Assembly: GCF_031769215.1 (NCBI RefSeq)
Contig: NW_026782484.1
Span: 1,240,001-1,304,000 of the forward strand
Direction: 5' to 3'
Length of the DNA stretch: 64,000 nucleotides
Source: Ylistrum balloti
Lineage: Eukaryota
Below the pieces are notes generated by a model. The model was not told the origin of the DNA. It saw only the letters and a program-made list of their open reading frames with translations, and did no database searches. Positions within the stretch are counted from its first letter, which is position 1, and the number at the start of each line of letters is the position of its first letter. A program made the position numbers and the translations under genes. Shown one piece after another: positions 25,421 through 37,900 of the stretch.

Positions 25421-26744
25421 ACGAAATGCTTCATCTTCTGGAACAAGTATACATAATTAAAAAAATAACCAAGGAAGGACGAAAGGAGGAGAGAGCAGAC
25501 TATAGAAATACGAATACATAATAAAAGAAAGCAACTGGGATGCTTTAACTATGGAAATCTCAACAAATCATTTAACTGTCGGAAATCACATGTTGTATAC
25601 CATGTCCGGCACAGACAGCTCCAGAATACCAACTTATGTGTATCGGGATGATAAGAGAAGTATATGTGCATGCACAGACAATACGAATACTTGTTTGGCA
25701 ATCTTTAATTAGTCGGAAGGGGAACTCGCGGACAGATAGTCAGAACATTTGGACTGTTATTTGGGATGAAAAGTAGATACCGAGGAAGTCATTTACATAG
25801 TACTCAGCGGGGACGAACCGTAACGAGTGGTATTTTGAAATTAGGCTTGCTGTAAACTTATATATATGGAAGCTGGAACGAATGCTAGATGCTTTGTGCG
25901 AATTGCGTTATTACAAATGCTAAATGTGAAATTCTGAGTGCGAAACGCTTTGTGTGAATTGCTGTATCATATTAATATGTGAAATGTTGTATACTAAATG
26001 TTTTATGTGAAATAGGTCGTAGTACTTTAGATGCTGAATGCTCTGCTCTTGGTCGTCTTCACACAACCGTGGACACTTTGTGTATCTTTTCCAGTGCGAT
26101 CTTCTCCAATCAAACATTAAGCATTTAAAATTTGGCATAAAGCGATCTGCAAAAAACATTAAGCATGTCCTGTTTGCGTTCCATAGCTATCTGAATAAGT
26201 TTCCTTTTTATAAAGCATAATCGATCTAACTTGAAGCTGGAAGGACAGTGTTTAGGGGCAACATATTTGCGTAAAAAACACTTCACGAACATCACTATTA
26301 TGATTTACAAATGGCTATATACACATGTATATGTACAATTAAGGAAATGTACACCAGTGAAATAACTAAAAATATAGAAAAAAGGAATATATGTAATATT
26401 ACATACTTAAATACAAGCACGTGTCTACCTGACAAAGGTTCCAGTTAACATCAATAAAATCTTCGAACATAATACGTTTTCTTATTGATCGACGCATGTT
26501 TGATCCGTACACTTTGAACAGGATCACAGAGACAATTTATCGATGAACATTATTAAGGAAATGTGTCGTCATCGGAAAGTCGTCTGAATCCATGGTAACA
26601 GTATACATACCAATATACACATACAAACCATTTGGGTACACATGTACTCGACAGGAAACAACGGTATGATTTGGAAAAAGGAAAGACAAAGAAGTGAAAA
26701 TTGAAAATGAAAGACCTGTTGTTAACAAAATAAATTGTATATCG

Positions 26745-27000
26745 ACAATCACCAGGTCGTGTGTAGTTCACAGTTGTGACCAGTTTCATTAACGATCACC
26801 AGCTGGTCTTGTGTAGTTAACATTTTGACCAATCTCATTAACGATCACCAGCTGGTCTTGTGTGGTTAACATTTTGACCAATCTCATTAACGATCACCGG
26901 GTCTTGTGTAATTAACAGTTGTGACCAGTTTAATTAACGATCTCCAGGTATTGTGTAGTTAACAGTTGTGACCAGTATGTTTGACGATCACCAGGTCTTA
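26745..27000. repeat. ~49-bp tandem repeat, about 5 degenerate copies
   Basis: Unit ttaacgatcaccagctggtcttgtgtagttaacattttgaccaatctca and variants. Confidence 0.85.
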
Positions 27001-27330
27001 TTTTAATCGACACTCGTTCATATTAAATTCATAGTTTGACCTTACATTGTTTATTATTTACAGTTGTTAAGAGGACATATATGTAAATAATTTGGTTGGA
27101 ATATAGTTCTCAGAAATCTGTGTACAGTGTACTTGTTGACATGTGTACATACCTATAAACCGTTTGTAAATTTTTTTTTTTTTTTTTTTATTCTAAATTC
27201 GGTATTCTTAATCTAAGAAATTATAACGGTATTTGTATATCCCACCCCTATTACATTATTGGCGTCGAATAACATGTACATAGAAGCAACATGTCGCTGA
27301 AGGTAGTTTTTTTTGTTTTTGTTTTCTAAA

Positions 27331-27609
27331 GGTAAGCTATTTTCGATGATAATTGGGATGCCATTCCCCGGAGACGTGATGCGTGACGTAGAAGACCCAG
27401 GGACGAAAATTGATGTCGGGATGTTTTTCCGTACACTGGAATGTGCACCCAACATCCGTGCTAAATGGACCATATCACTAACACGAAAAGACATCCCAAA
27501 ACATGAGCTAGACGTTATTAGCGAAAGGGAACGTGAATTGGAGGATTTCGATGACGACGATGAGACCTTGGATGGTGACGAGTCGGATATGGAAGATGAT
27601 GAATTTTAA
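27331..27609 (+). CDS. Candidate terminal exon or small ORF with highly acidic C-terminus
   Basis: A polypyrimidine tract and ctaaag acceptor precede an open frame KLFSMIIGMPFPGDVMRDVEDPG...ELEDFDDDDETLDGDESDMEDDEF-stop. Linkage to the 24818 ORF is not proven. Confidence 0.35.
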   Translation, partial: GKLFSMIIGMPFPGDVMRDVEDPGTKIDVGMFFRTLECAPNIRAKWTISLTRKDIPKHELDVISERERELEDFDDDDETLDGDESDMEDDEF

Positions 27610-27917
27610 CTAAAACAACTCAAAAGAAAAAATACAAAACGAGAAGAACATTTCATGCCGCAAAATGAATTGAGTTTCTTTGACCAGGGATGGTGTGCAT
27701 CTCTGGTGAGGTCTTTTATTAAAATCTTATATATTTGTCTGTATGTAATTACAAGGTTGAGTTTTGTTTTTCTAAATATTTATAGATATTGAAAGGTGTC
27801 TTGCGCAAACACTAACACATAGCATCATCAATGTACGTTTCTGGAAATGTTAGATTAATATGTTCTATTCCAATTTATACTTAACCATGGATTTCCATGT
27901 AGTGATGTAAAACCTAT

Positions 27918-27951
<34 letters not shown>

Positions 27952-28194
27952 CATTGGTTTGCAAGGGTCGATATGCTTGTTCAAATAACGTCAGGTTGAT
28001 AATGTAGGTAAGATCTACTTTGTAGGATATTGTCTTATCAAAACAGGGGATAAGGCAAACATCATTATGTAACAATGATGTACATGTCCAATTGAAACAA
28101 ACAGTCCAATGAGATTGATACAAAACCTTGGGTAGGGATGATGTCATTATAGAAACTGGTGTAAGAAAGTAGGACAAAGAATATACATTTGTAC

Positions 28195-30090
28195 ATCATT
28201 ATAAGGTAACTTTGAAAGGCTGGTGTAACAGTGGGTAAGGAAGTACACAAAGCAAATACATTATTATGATGTAATTTAGGGAGGCTGGTGCCACAGTGGG
28301 TACGGAAATAGGACAAAGCATATACATTATTATGATGTAATTTAGGGAGGCTGGTGCCACAGTGGGTACGGAAATAGGACAAAGCATATACATTATTATG
28401 ATGTAATCTAGGGAGGCTGGTGCCACAGTGGGTAAGGAAATAGGACAAAGCATATACATTATTATGATGTAATTTAGGGAGGCTGGTGCCACAGTGGGTA
28501 AGGAAATAGACAAAACATATACGGTACATCATTATGATGTAATTTAGGGAGGCTGGTATCACAGTGGGTAAGGAAATAGACAAAACATATACATTATTAT
28601 GATGTAATTTAGAGAGGCTGGTGCCACAGTGGGTAAGGAAATAGACAAAACATATACATTATTAGGATGTAATTTAGGGAGGCTGGTGCCACAGTTGGTA
28701 AGGAAATAGACAAAACATATACATTATTATGATGTAATTTAGGGAGGCTGGTGCCACAGTAAGGAAATAGGACAAAACAAATACATTATTATGATGTAAT
28801 TTAGGGAGGCTGGTGCCACAGTGGGTAAGGAAATAGGACAAAGCATATACATTATTATGATGTAATTTAGGGAGGCTGGTGCCACAGTGGGTAAAGAAAT
28901 AGGACAAAACATATACATTATTATGATGTAATTTAGGGAGGCTGGTGCCACAGTGGGTAAGGAAATAGGACAAAGCATATACATTATTATGATGTAATCT
29001 AGGGAGGCTGGTGCCACAGTGGGTAAGGAAATAGGACAAAGCATATACATTATTATGATGTAATTTAGGGAGGCTGGTGCCACAGTGGGTACGGAAATAG
29101 GACAAAGCATATACATTATTATGATGTAATCTAGGGAGGCTGGTGCCACAGTGGGTAAGGAAATAGGACAAAGCATATACATTATTATGATGTAATTTAG
29201 GGAGGCTGGTGCCACAGTGGGTAAGGAAATAGACAAAACATATAGGTACATCATTATGATGTAGGGAGGCCACAGAAATGACAAAACATATACATTATTA
29301 TGATGTAAAGAGAGGCTGGTGCCACATAAGGAAATAGACAAAACATATAAAGGCTGGTGCCACATATACATTATTATGATGTAATTTAGGGAGGCTGGTG
29401 CCACATAAGGAAATAGGACAAAACAAATACATTATTATGATGTAATTTAGGGAGGCTGGTGCCACAGTGGGTAAGGAAATAGGACAAAGCATATACATTA
29501 TTATGATGTAATTTAGGGAGGCTGGTGCCACAGTGGGTAAAGAAATAGGACAAAACATATACATTATTATGATGTAATTTAGGGAGGCTGGTGCCACAGT
29601 GGGTAAGGAAATAGGACAAAGCATATACATTATTATGATGTAATTTAGGGAGGCTGGTGCCACAGTGGGTAAGGAAATAGGACAAAGCATATACATTATT
29701 ATGATGTAATTTAGGGAGGCTGGTGCCACATTATTATGATGTAATTTAGGGAGGCTGGTGCCACAGTGGGTAAGGAAATAGGACAAAACATATACATTAT
29801 TATGATGTAATTTAGGGAGGCTGGTGCCACAGTGGGTAAGGAAATAGGACAAAACATATATATGATTATGATGTAATTTGGGGAGGCTGGTGCCACAGTG
29901 GGTAAGGAAATAGGACAAAACATATATATGATTATGATGTAATTTGGGGAGGCTGGTGCCACAGTGGGTAAGGAAATAGGACAAAACATACATTATTATG
30001 ATGTAATTTAGGGAGGCTGGTGCCACAGTGGGTAAGGAAATAGGACAAAACATATATATGATTATGATGTAATTTGGGGAGGCTGGTGCA
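28195..30090. repeat. 66-bp minisatellite array (~1.9 kb), intergenic
   Basis: Unit atatacattattatgatgtaatttagggaggctggtgccacagtgggtaaggaaataggacaaagc. It explains the repetitive minus-strand ORFs. Confidence 0.97.
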
Positions 30091-31992
30091 ACATATCGGG
30101 TGCTGATATACATGTGTAAGCATTAGGTATATATATCAGGCCTGAGATATAGATGAATATCTAAATGTGCATTTGTTTTATAAAGATGCTGCCCTACCAA
30201 ATCCTCAAGTAAACAGTAATTTAATATGACTGGTAAATTGTATTACCATGGAATGTATTTAGATTAGAAAAGTAGTACACATCATGGAAAAGACTCATTT
30301 TTGTCTATTACTATTATTCTAATCATGACTCAGGGTGAGCCAGTCCCATGCTAGGATTAAGTGCTATCAAGTTTTCAAATGGATGACCTTGACCTAGTTT
30401 AAAGGTCATTGTGCCAAAGGTGTTAAAAAATCTTCATACAACTTCTCAATAACAGAAAGGCTCAGGGTATTATGAAATCACGCCAGTAGCATGAGTTGGT
30501 AATTGGTTATCAAAGTTTAATAAAATGGATGATCATGCCCCAGTTTCAAGGTTAAAGTGGCCCAAGTCTTAATTGTATAATCTTAAATCACATCTTGTAA
30601 AGAACATGAAGACCACTGTATTGAGCCATAGTACAAGTGACATAAGACTCCCCATGTTTGATCAAATTAATAACCTTGACATTCTTCCAAAGTATCCCAG
30701 TATTTTTTTCTGAATAAGAAGAGACCCTTTGTCATTTGGTTTTACTTGCAATATAACAGAAAGAAACGGTATGTTGCATTGTTTGGGATAAACTTTAAAA
30801 CAGCCAGAATGTATTTTTAAAACAAAGTCTCTGTAGAGACTGTAGAACAGAGGAGTGATACAAAACTGTTGGACCACTTGTTATCAAAAAATCGTCTTTA
30901 CCCATCACAAGTAACTACATGATGTACATTACACAAAATAGGATGTCATATAGCATTATGGAATGTGGGTCATGGATAATACACATTTTAGATTAACAAG
31001 AAACAGAAATGAACAATTTTCAAGTAATTTTATTTGACTAGTTGAAATACATCTCAATGGTGTTCCAAAAATGCTTCACAAAGGATACACAAAGTATTTA
31101 AATTCAACTTTTCATGTGAATAAATAATTACTCATTAAAAAAAAAATCATAAAAATTTCACAAGCCATACGTAAGCTTAATGTTATTTTGGGGAGAACTT
31201 CCTTATTGTGAAATCAAAATATCTAAAGAAAAAATCCTCACTGTTAGATCAACAGCATGATTTTTCCTGGTTTAAAGCAATGGGCATGTGATACTGTTAC
31301 AACATTATGTAGCTAACAAGGTGTCTTTATATAATCAAGCTGTATTTATTCACAGCTACAATGACCTTTAAATTTTAATCATCAGAAATGGAATAACACC
31401 AGATTTTCAGTCTCATTCAGTCAAACTTGAAGTGATAGAATTGTTACTAAACATTTTCATTTTGCCTGATAAGGATTATACAAAAAGATTATGCAAAGCA
31501 TTAGTGTAACAACTTCTCATCTCCTCAAACTTGCCCTCTCTGTTAAATGAAAAGGTATATAAATTTAACATATTTTCACCTCTTCTTAGATTTGCCCTCC
31601 CTGTTAATGCCCCCAAAAAGTAGAAGTTAAATGAAGGCAAACATCTGATACAAAAAGCAAATTTCAGATACATAAAACGGATATCATATACACAAATAAC
31701 ACCACCTCACTTCTAGTGTTTCTCTTCATATGTTAAGCTGGTTTAAAATATTGCACATAACAGCAAAACCCTGTCCATATAGCATACAACCTTTGGTTTT
31801 ATGTCTAGATTTACCCTGTTCTATTTGAAATAGGTATTAAATCTAGCCAATTTACCATTAGCCAACTTAACTCAGAATGAAATTAGCCTGACTAACAACA
31901 TTTGAAACAATTAAAGTATGAATTAGTCCAGCACAATGACTTACTTAAATACTTTCTGAAATGATGTGTAACAATAGAATAATATTTTAATT

Positions 31993-34900
31993 TCAAATTT
32001 TGACAAGGTAGGAGTCACTGACAGTCATAGATCTGACCCAGCGATGAGGAGTGTTGGTAGGGTCCTGTACAGGAATGTGTAGGAATCTAACTCGCAGCCC
32101 AGAACATGTATACTTTGATATCTCAAACTCCACAACCATTGGCCCTAATTCTTGTTTGTTCAATTTGCCATTGCCTTGATTGATCACCTGAAAAAGAAAA
32201 AAAAAGTGTATCAACCCCATGTATTTCAACCAATGAAAACACTTTGCCAATTCAGAGAAACAAATTAAACCTGATTCATTTAAATTTAATTTGAATTTCT
32301 AAAATATCAGCACTGGTAAATCAATTAAATACTGCTCATATATTTCACTAAAATAAATTCTGCTATAGACCAAGTGCTGTCATACCCTAAATCGAGCCGT
32401 TACTTCAGTCTGCCCTGGAAGTTTCTTTATTTTCCATACAATTTTCTTGTCATCTTCCTTTTGTCTCAACTCTGCCATCTGTCCTGGGCCATCTAGGTGT
32501 TGTGAAACACTGCATTTATATCAAAAGATAATGTTACAAATCATATCAAACATTTGCCAAATAAATGTTAATGGTCAATCTGTATATATAACACTTACAA
32601 TAAAAATAAATAAAAATATAGAAAGCAGAGTCATGAAACTTGAATTATTGGTAAAGATAAACTAAGAATTCATTCATATGTTGGTAGAAAATTTTATTTA
32701 CTACATAGCTAGACAGACTTTTCTACAATCTTGTTAGTATCCAAACTCTATCAACTTAAAATGTTCTAGGAAGATTTGTATCCAACTAAAATCAAGGGTA
32801 ACAGTAAAAGTGCACAAAATTAAACAAATGTTTTTTCTAAAGTTCTGATACTCCACCAGTTCTTCCAATGATCTTGATGATAGCATATCACAACATGGGG
32901 CCAGAGTTACAGATGTAGCATGTCACAACATGGGGCCAGAGTAACAGATGTAGCATGTGTCCCAACATGGGGTCAGAGTAACAGATGTATCATGTCACAA
33001 CATGGGGCCAGAGTAACAGATGTATCATGTCACAACATGGGGCCAGAGTAACAGATGTAGCATGTCACAACATGGGGCCAGAGTAACAGATGTAGCATGT
33101 CACAACATGGGGCCAAAGTAACTGATGTAGCATGTCACAACATGGGGTCAGAGTAACAGATGTAGTATGTGTCCCAACATAGGGGCCAGAGTAACAGATG
33201 TAGTATGTGTCCCAACATTGGGCCAGAGTAACAGATGTAGTATGTGTCCCAACATTGGGGCCAGTGTAACAGATGTAGTATGTGTCCCAACATTGGGGTC
33301 AATGTAACAGATGTGGTATGTTAAGAGTAACAGCATATTTAGCATGCACCTATCTATCATTTTTAAGGGGTGTTACGTACACTATTACAGCTTTTTTGCA
33401 GACAAGTGACCCCAGGATGTACCTAGAACCAATTTTTCATTACCTTCCCTAGTGACAACTACAAAGCCAACACTTTTGAATGAGCTGAAGAAAACATGCT
33501 TCTTACCAAATCAGTCAACAGAGTCTAGCACTTAACCAAGTCAACATCTAAAATACTAGTAGTACACATACATGGTCATACATTGTCTAGGGAAATGATA
33601 ATTACAAAACAAGTAATAACAGGCAGACTGACCTGGTAGTGTTGTGAGGTACTGGGATCCGCACACAAATGTTCACTGCCTGTGTATTTACTGGAGATTC
33701 ACTCTTCAATCGCAGAGTCAAGGACATGTCTCTGAAGGTTTAGACAATATAATTCAAGGTCATTTATTTTCATAAACTTTGTTGGACTTCATCATAGGAA
33801 CATACCAGACAAATATCATGCCTCTAGGCTTTTTAGTTCATGAGAAGTTGTTTATATGTTTCAACAAATTTGACCCCTGTGACCTTGAAAATCAGTCAAG
33901 GTAATTTGTTTTCACAAACTTTATTGAGCTTTATCATAGGAACATACCAGCCAAATATCATGGGTCTAGGTCTTTTACTTCATAAGGCCTAGAGGGCCTT
34001 ATGAACTAAGGGCCCTTCAAGCCAGGTGAGCTAATAAATGCTTATTTCAAAAACATGCTAGTAAAAAAAACTGATTATTAGAAAATAAAATTGTTTAAAT
34101 GATGTTACTCAGGTGTTGAATTCAATAGCTTCAACTGCTATACACCCGTTTGTGAAATTGAAAAAAAAGAGTGGTCAGATGAACAATTCTTGTTTCATTG
34201 TGTTTTTAAAACTGTAACAAATGATGTTGGTGCCTTTTCCTGCTGAAACTGTATTTAATTCTAATATCAGGTACCAAGTTTTAATAAAATTACTATTAAG
34301 TAACCCCTACATACCGGCTGTTTTCTGTGTGGTCCACAAATGGAAGAATTCTGAACGGTGGACTGAGAGCACCTTCCCCAGACACACTGTAGGTCATCAA
34401 GGAAAGCTGAAACAGATCTTATCTCTGTAACATCAATTCGTCAAAAACATCTAAAACAAGTCTGGTGTACATTGAAATAACCTGCAACTTTTTATGAATA
34501 TGCAATGAGTATACAAACAGCTTTATTATTTCTATGACACCAGAAGTAAGCCTTTTTGTCATTGTTTTTATTACTCATTGGCATTATGTAGCAATGTACA
34601 TATCTACAAATTCTTGTGTGGATGGCTTATCTTATCTTATTTACAAAGTATTTGCAAATATTTACCACTTACATCTTATCTAATTTTGCTGATGGTAACT
34701 TACACCTTCACACCATTCCATCAAAGTTCATTAACATTTTCAGCAGATATAATGGTGAAACCAATTCCTACTAAAGAATTTAAAAAGCTCCTATGACATT
34801 ATAAGAGGTTACACGAGTGTTTGTTGTATACAAGAATACTTATTATGTACCAATGTGAGTTTAATTTTTGACATCAGTTGAGGAGAACTGATATGACCTA

Positions 34901-37900
34901 TTGTGAAATGCAGCTAAGTTAATTACTTATTACAAATATATGGAAATAAAATGATCCATTACAATCCATTTATCTAACCTTCATCACTTAATCTCAATGG
35001 TCTGAAAGTTGGATAACACAATGTATTGTGGTAGAACATTTTCTATCAAATTAAATGATGTATCTTCTCCTTAAATAGTTCTTATATACCTCCCCAACAG
35101 ATGGTTGTATCTTCAACACCCTAGATTTCTCAAACTCGTCAAGTTTGACTTTCTGGTGAAAAGAACAGTGGTCCAGTTGTACTTGGTCACCATAGGCTGG
35201 AAGACACAAGAAAAATGAAAATGGTCAAATACTTGTGACATGTCATAAAAACTTTGTACTAGATGTATTGTCAATAAATCAAATACAGTATTGATGGGAA
35301 TACATGTCTTTCTGACAAATAAATGAACTCTGTTGTAAAGTCAGAGAACAGCATTAAACAAATATTCTAGCAATAGTATCTAAAAGATTTCTGCTCTCTG
35401 TAATTGTGATTATTTGTATTAAATAGTGACATATACAACCTTAAAATAACCAAGACAGACAATTTCAGTAAAACAGAATCTGATCCTGATGTTTTATAAC
35501 AACTAAGACAACTTCAGTAGAGCTGAATCTGATCCTGATGTTTTATAACAACTAAGACAACTTCAATTAAACAGAATCTGATCCTGATGTTTTATAACAA
35601 CAAGACAATTTCAGTAAAATAGAATCTGATCCTGATGTTTTATAACAACTAAGACAACTTCAATTAAACAGAATCTGATCCTGATGTTTTATACCAACAA
35701 GACAATTTCAGTAAAATAGAATCTGATCCTGATGTTTTATACCAACAAGACAATTTCAGTAAAATAGAATCTGATCCTGATGTTTTATACCAACAAGACA
35801 ATTTCAGTAAAATAGAATCTGATCCTGATGTTTTATAACAACTAAGACAACTTCAATTAAACAGAATCTGATCCTGATGTTTTATAACAACAAGACAATT
35901 TCAGTAAAATAGAATCTGATCCTGATGTTTTATACCAACTAAGACAATTTCAGTAAAACAGAATCTGATCCTGATGTTTTATACCAACAAGACAATTTCA
36001 GTAAAATAGAATCTGATCCTGATGTTTTATACCAACTAAGACAATTTCAGTAAAATAGAATCTGATCCTGATGTTTTATAACAACAAGACAATTTCAGTA
36101 AAACAGAATCTGATCCTGATGTTTTATAACAACAAGACAATTTCAGTAAAATAGAATCTGATCCTGATGTTTTATACCAACAAGACAATTTCAGTAAAAT
36201 AGAATCTGATCCTGATGTTTTATACCAACAAGACAATTTCAGTAAAACAGAATCTGATCCTGATGTTTTATACCAACAAGACAATTTCAGTAAAACAGAA
36301 TCTGATCTTGATGTTTTATACCAACAAGACAACTTCAGTAAAACAGAATCTGATCCTGATGTTTTATAACAACAAGACAATTTCAGTAAAATAGAATCTG
36401 ATCCTGATGTTTTATACCAACTAAGACAATTTCAGTAAAATTGAATCTGATCCTGATGTTTTATAACAACAAGACAATTTCAGTAAAACAGAATCTGATC
36501 CTGATGTTTTATAACAACAAGACAATTTCAGTAAAATAGAATCTGATCCTGATGTTTTATACCAACAAGACAATTTCAGTAAAATAGAATCTGATCCTGA
36601 TGTTTTATACCAACAAGACAACTTCAGTAAAACAGAATCTGATCCTGATGTTTTATACCAACAAGACAATTTCAGTAAAATAGAATCTGATCCTGATGTT
36701 TTATACCAACAAGACAATTTCAGTAAAATAGAATCTGATCCTGATGTTTTATACCAACAAGACAATTTCAGTAAAATAGAATCTGATCCTGATGTTTTAT
36801 ACCAACAAGACAATTTCAGTAAAATAGAATCTGATCCTGATGTTTTATACCAACAAGACAATTTCAGTAAAACAGAATCTGATCCTGATGTTTTATACCA
36901 ACAAGACAACTTCAGTAAAACAGAATCTGATCCTGATGTTTTATACCAACAAGACAATTTCAGTAAAATAGAATCTGATCCTGATGTTTTATACCAACAA
37001 GACAATTTCAGTAAAATAGAATCTGATCCTGATGTTTTATACCAACAAGACAATTTCAGTAAAACAGAATCTGATCCTGATGTTTTATACCAACTAAGAC
37101 AATTTCAGTAAAATAGAATCTGATCCTGATGTTTTATACCAACAAGACAATTTCAGTAAAATAGAATCTGATTCTAATTTATAACATTAGCACTAATCTA
37201 ATTTCTAGGAAAATGTAAATACCTGTAAAAACTGACCTTTCTCACACAGAAATTACAACATCTTAACGTTAAACAATATAAACTGGTAGACAATTTTTTT
37301 GTGGAAAATTGGATCATGTTATAATGCATATATTACCTTTGAGAGCCCCTGCCTTAATGGCAAGGTCCTCATTCAGGCCGATTTTTATTTCTGGGCTGTC
37401 AGAAAGGAAATTCTTCATGTTTATGCTACCGTTGGCCTCAAGACGAGAAACTGTGCCCTGTAGAATGCAAATAAATCAGACCTTAACATAGTGAAGGTGC
37501 AACTGAACTTTCTAATATGCTAAAGCCACCTGCTTTTACCAGAGTGCAACATGTAACTGAATCTTTTACCACAGTACAGCAAATAATACTCATTCCAGAC
37601 TTTCATTTTTTGCAAAGCCAGTCACATGATTTCCAACTTTAAAGAGTGCAAAGCCATATCTTCATTATGCTGATTTCTTTTTTTGCTTTTTTGTTTTTGA
37701 GATCAAAAAAATCAAACTGCTGATTAGAAATTATTACTATGACTAGACAGATGGATGGACATAAGCAAAACAGCGCAACAAATTGTTCTCCTCACGACGG
37801 AAATATTTACATTACACAGATATGTAAACATATACAGAAGATCTTACATGAGTGTCAATGTAACATGAAATTTATCATTATTATTATTATTATTATCATT

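Noticed and set aside
28065-30123. Long repetitive minus-strand ORFs (up to 271 aa)
   Set aside because: They are translations of the 66-bp minisatellite (unit divisible by 3), open in two frames, with no splice or promoter context.
36036-37053. KLSCWYKTSGSDSILL repeat ORFs
   Set aside because: Translation of the 48-bp intronic array inside AP4M1.
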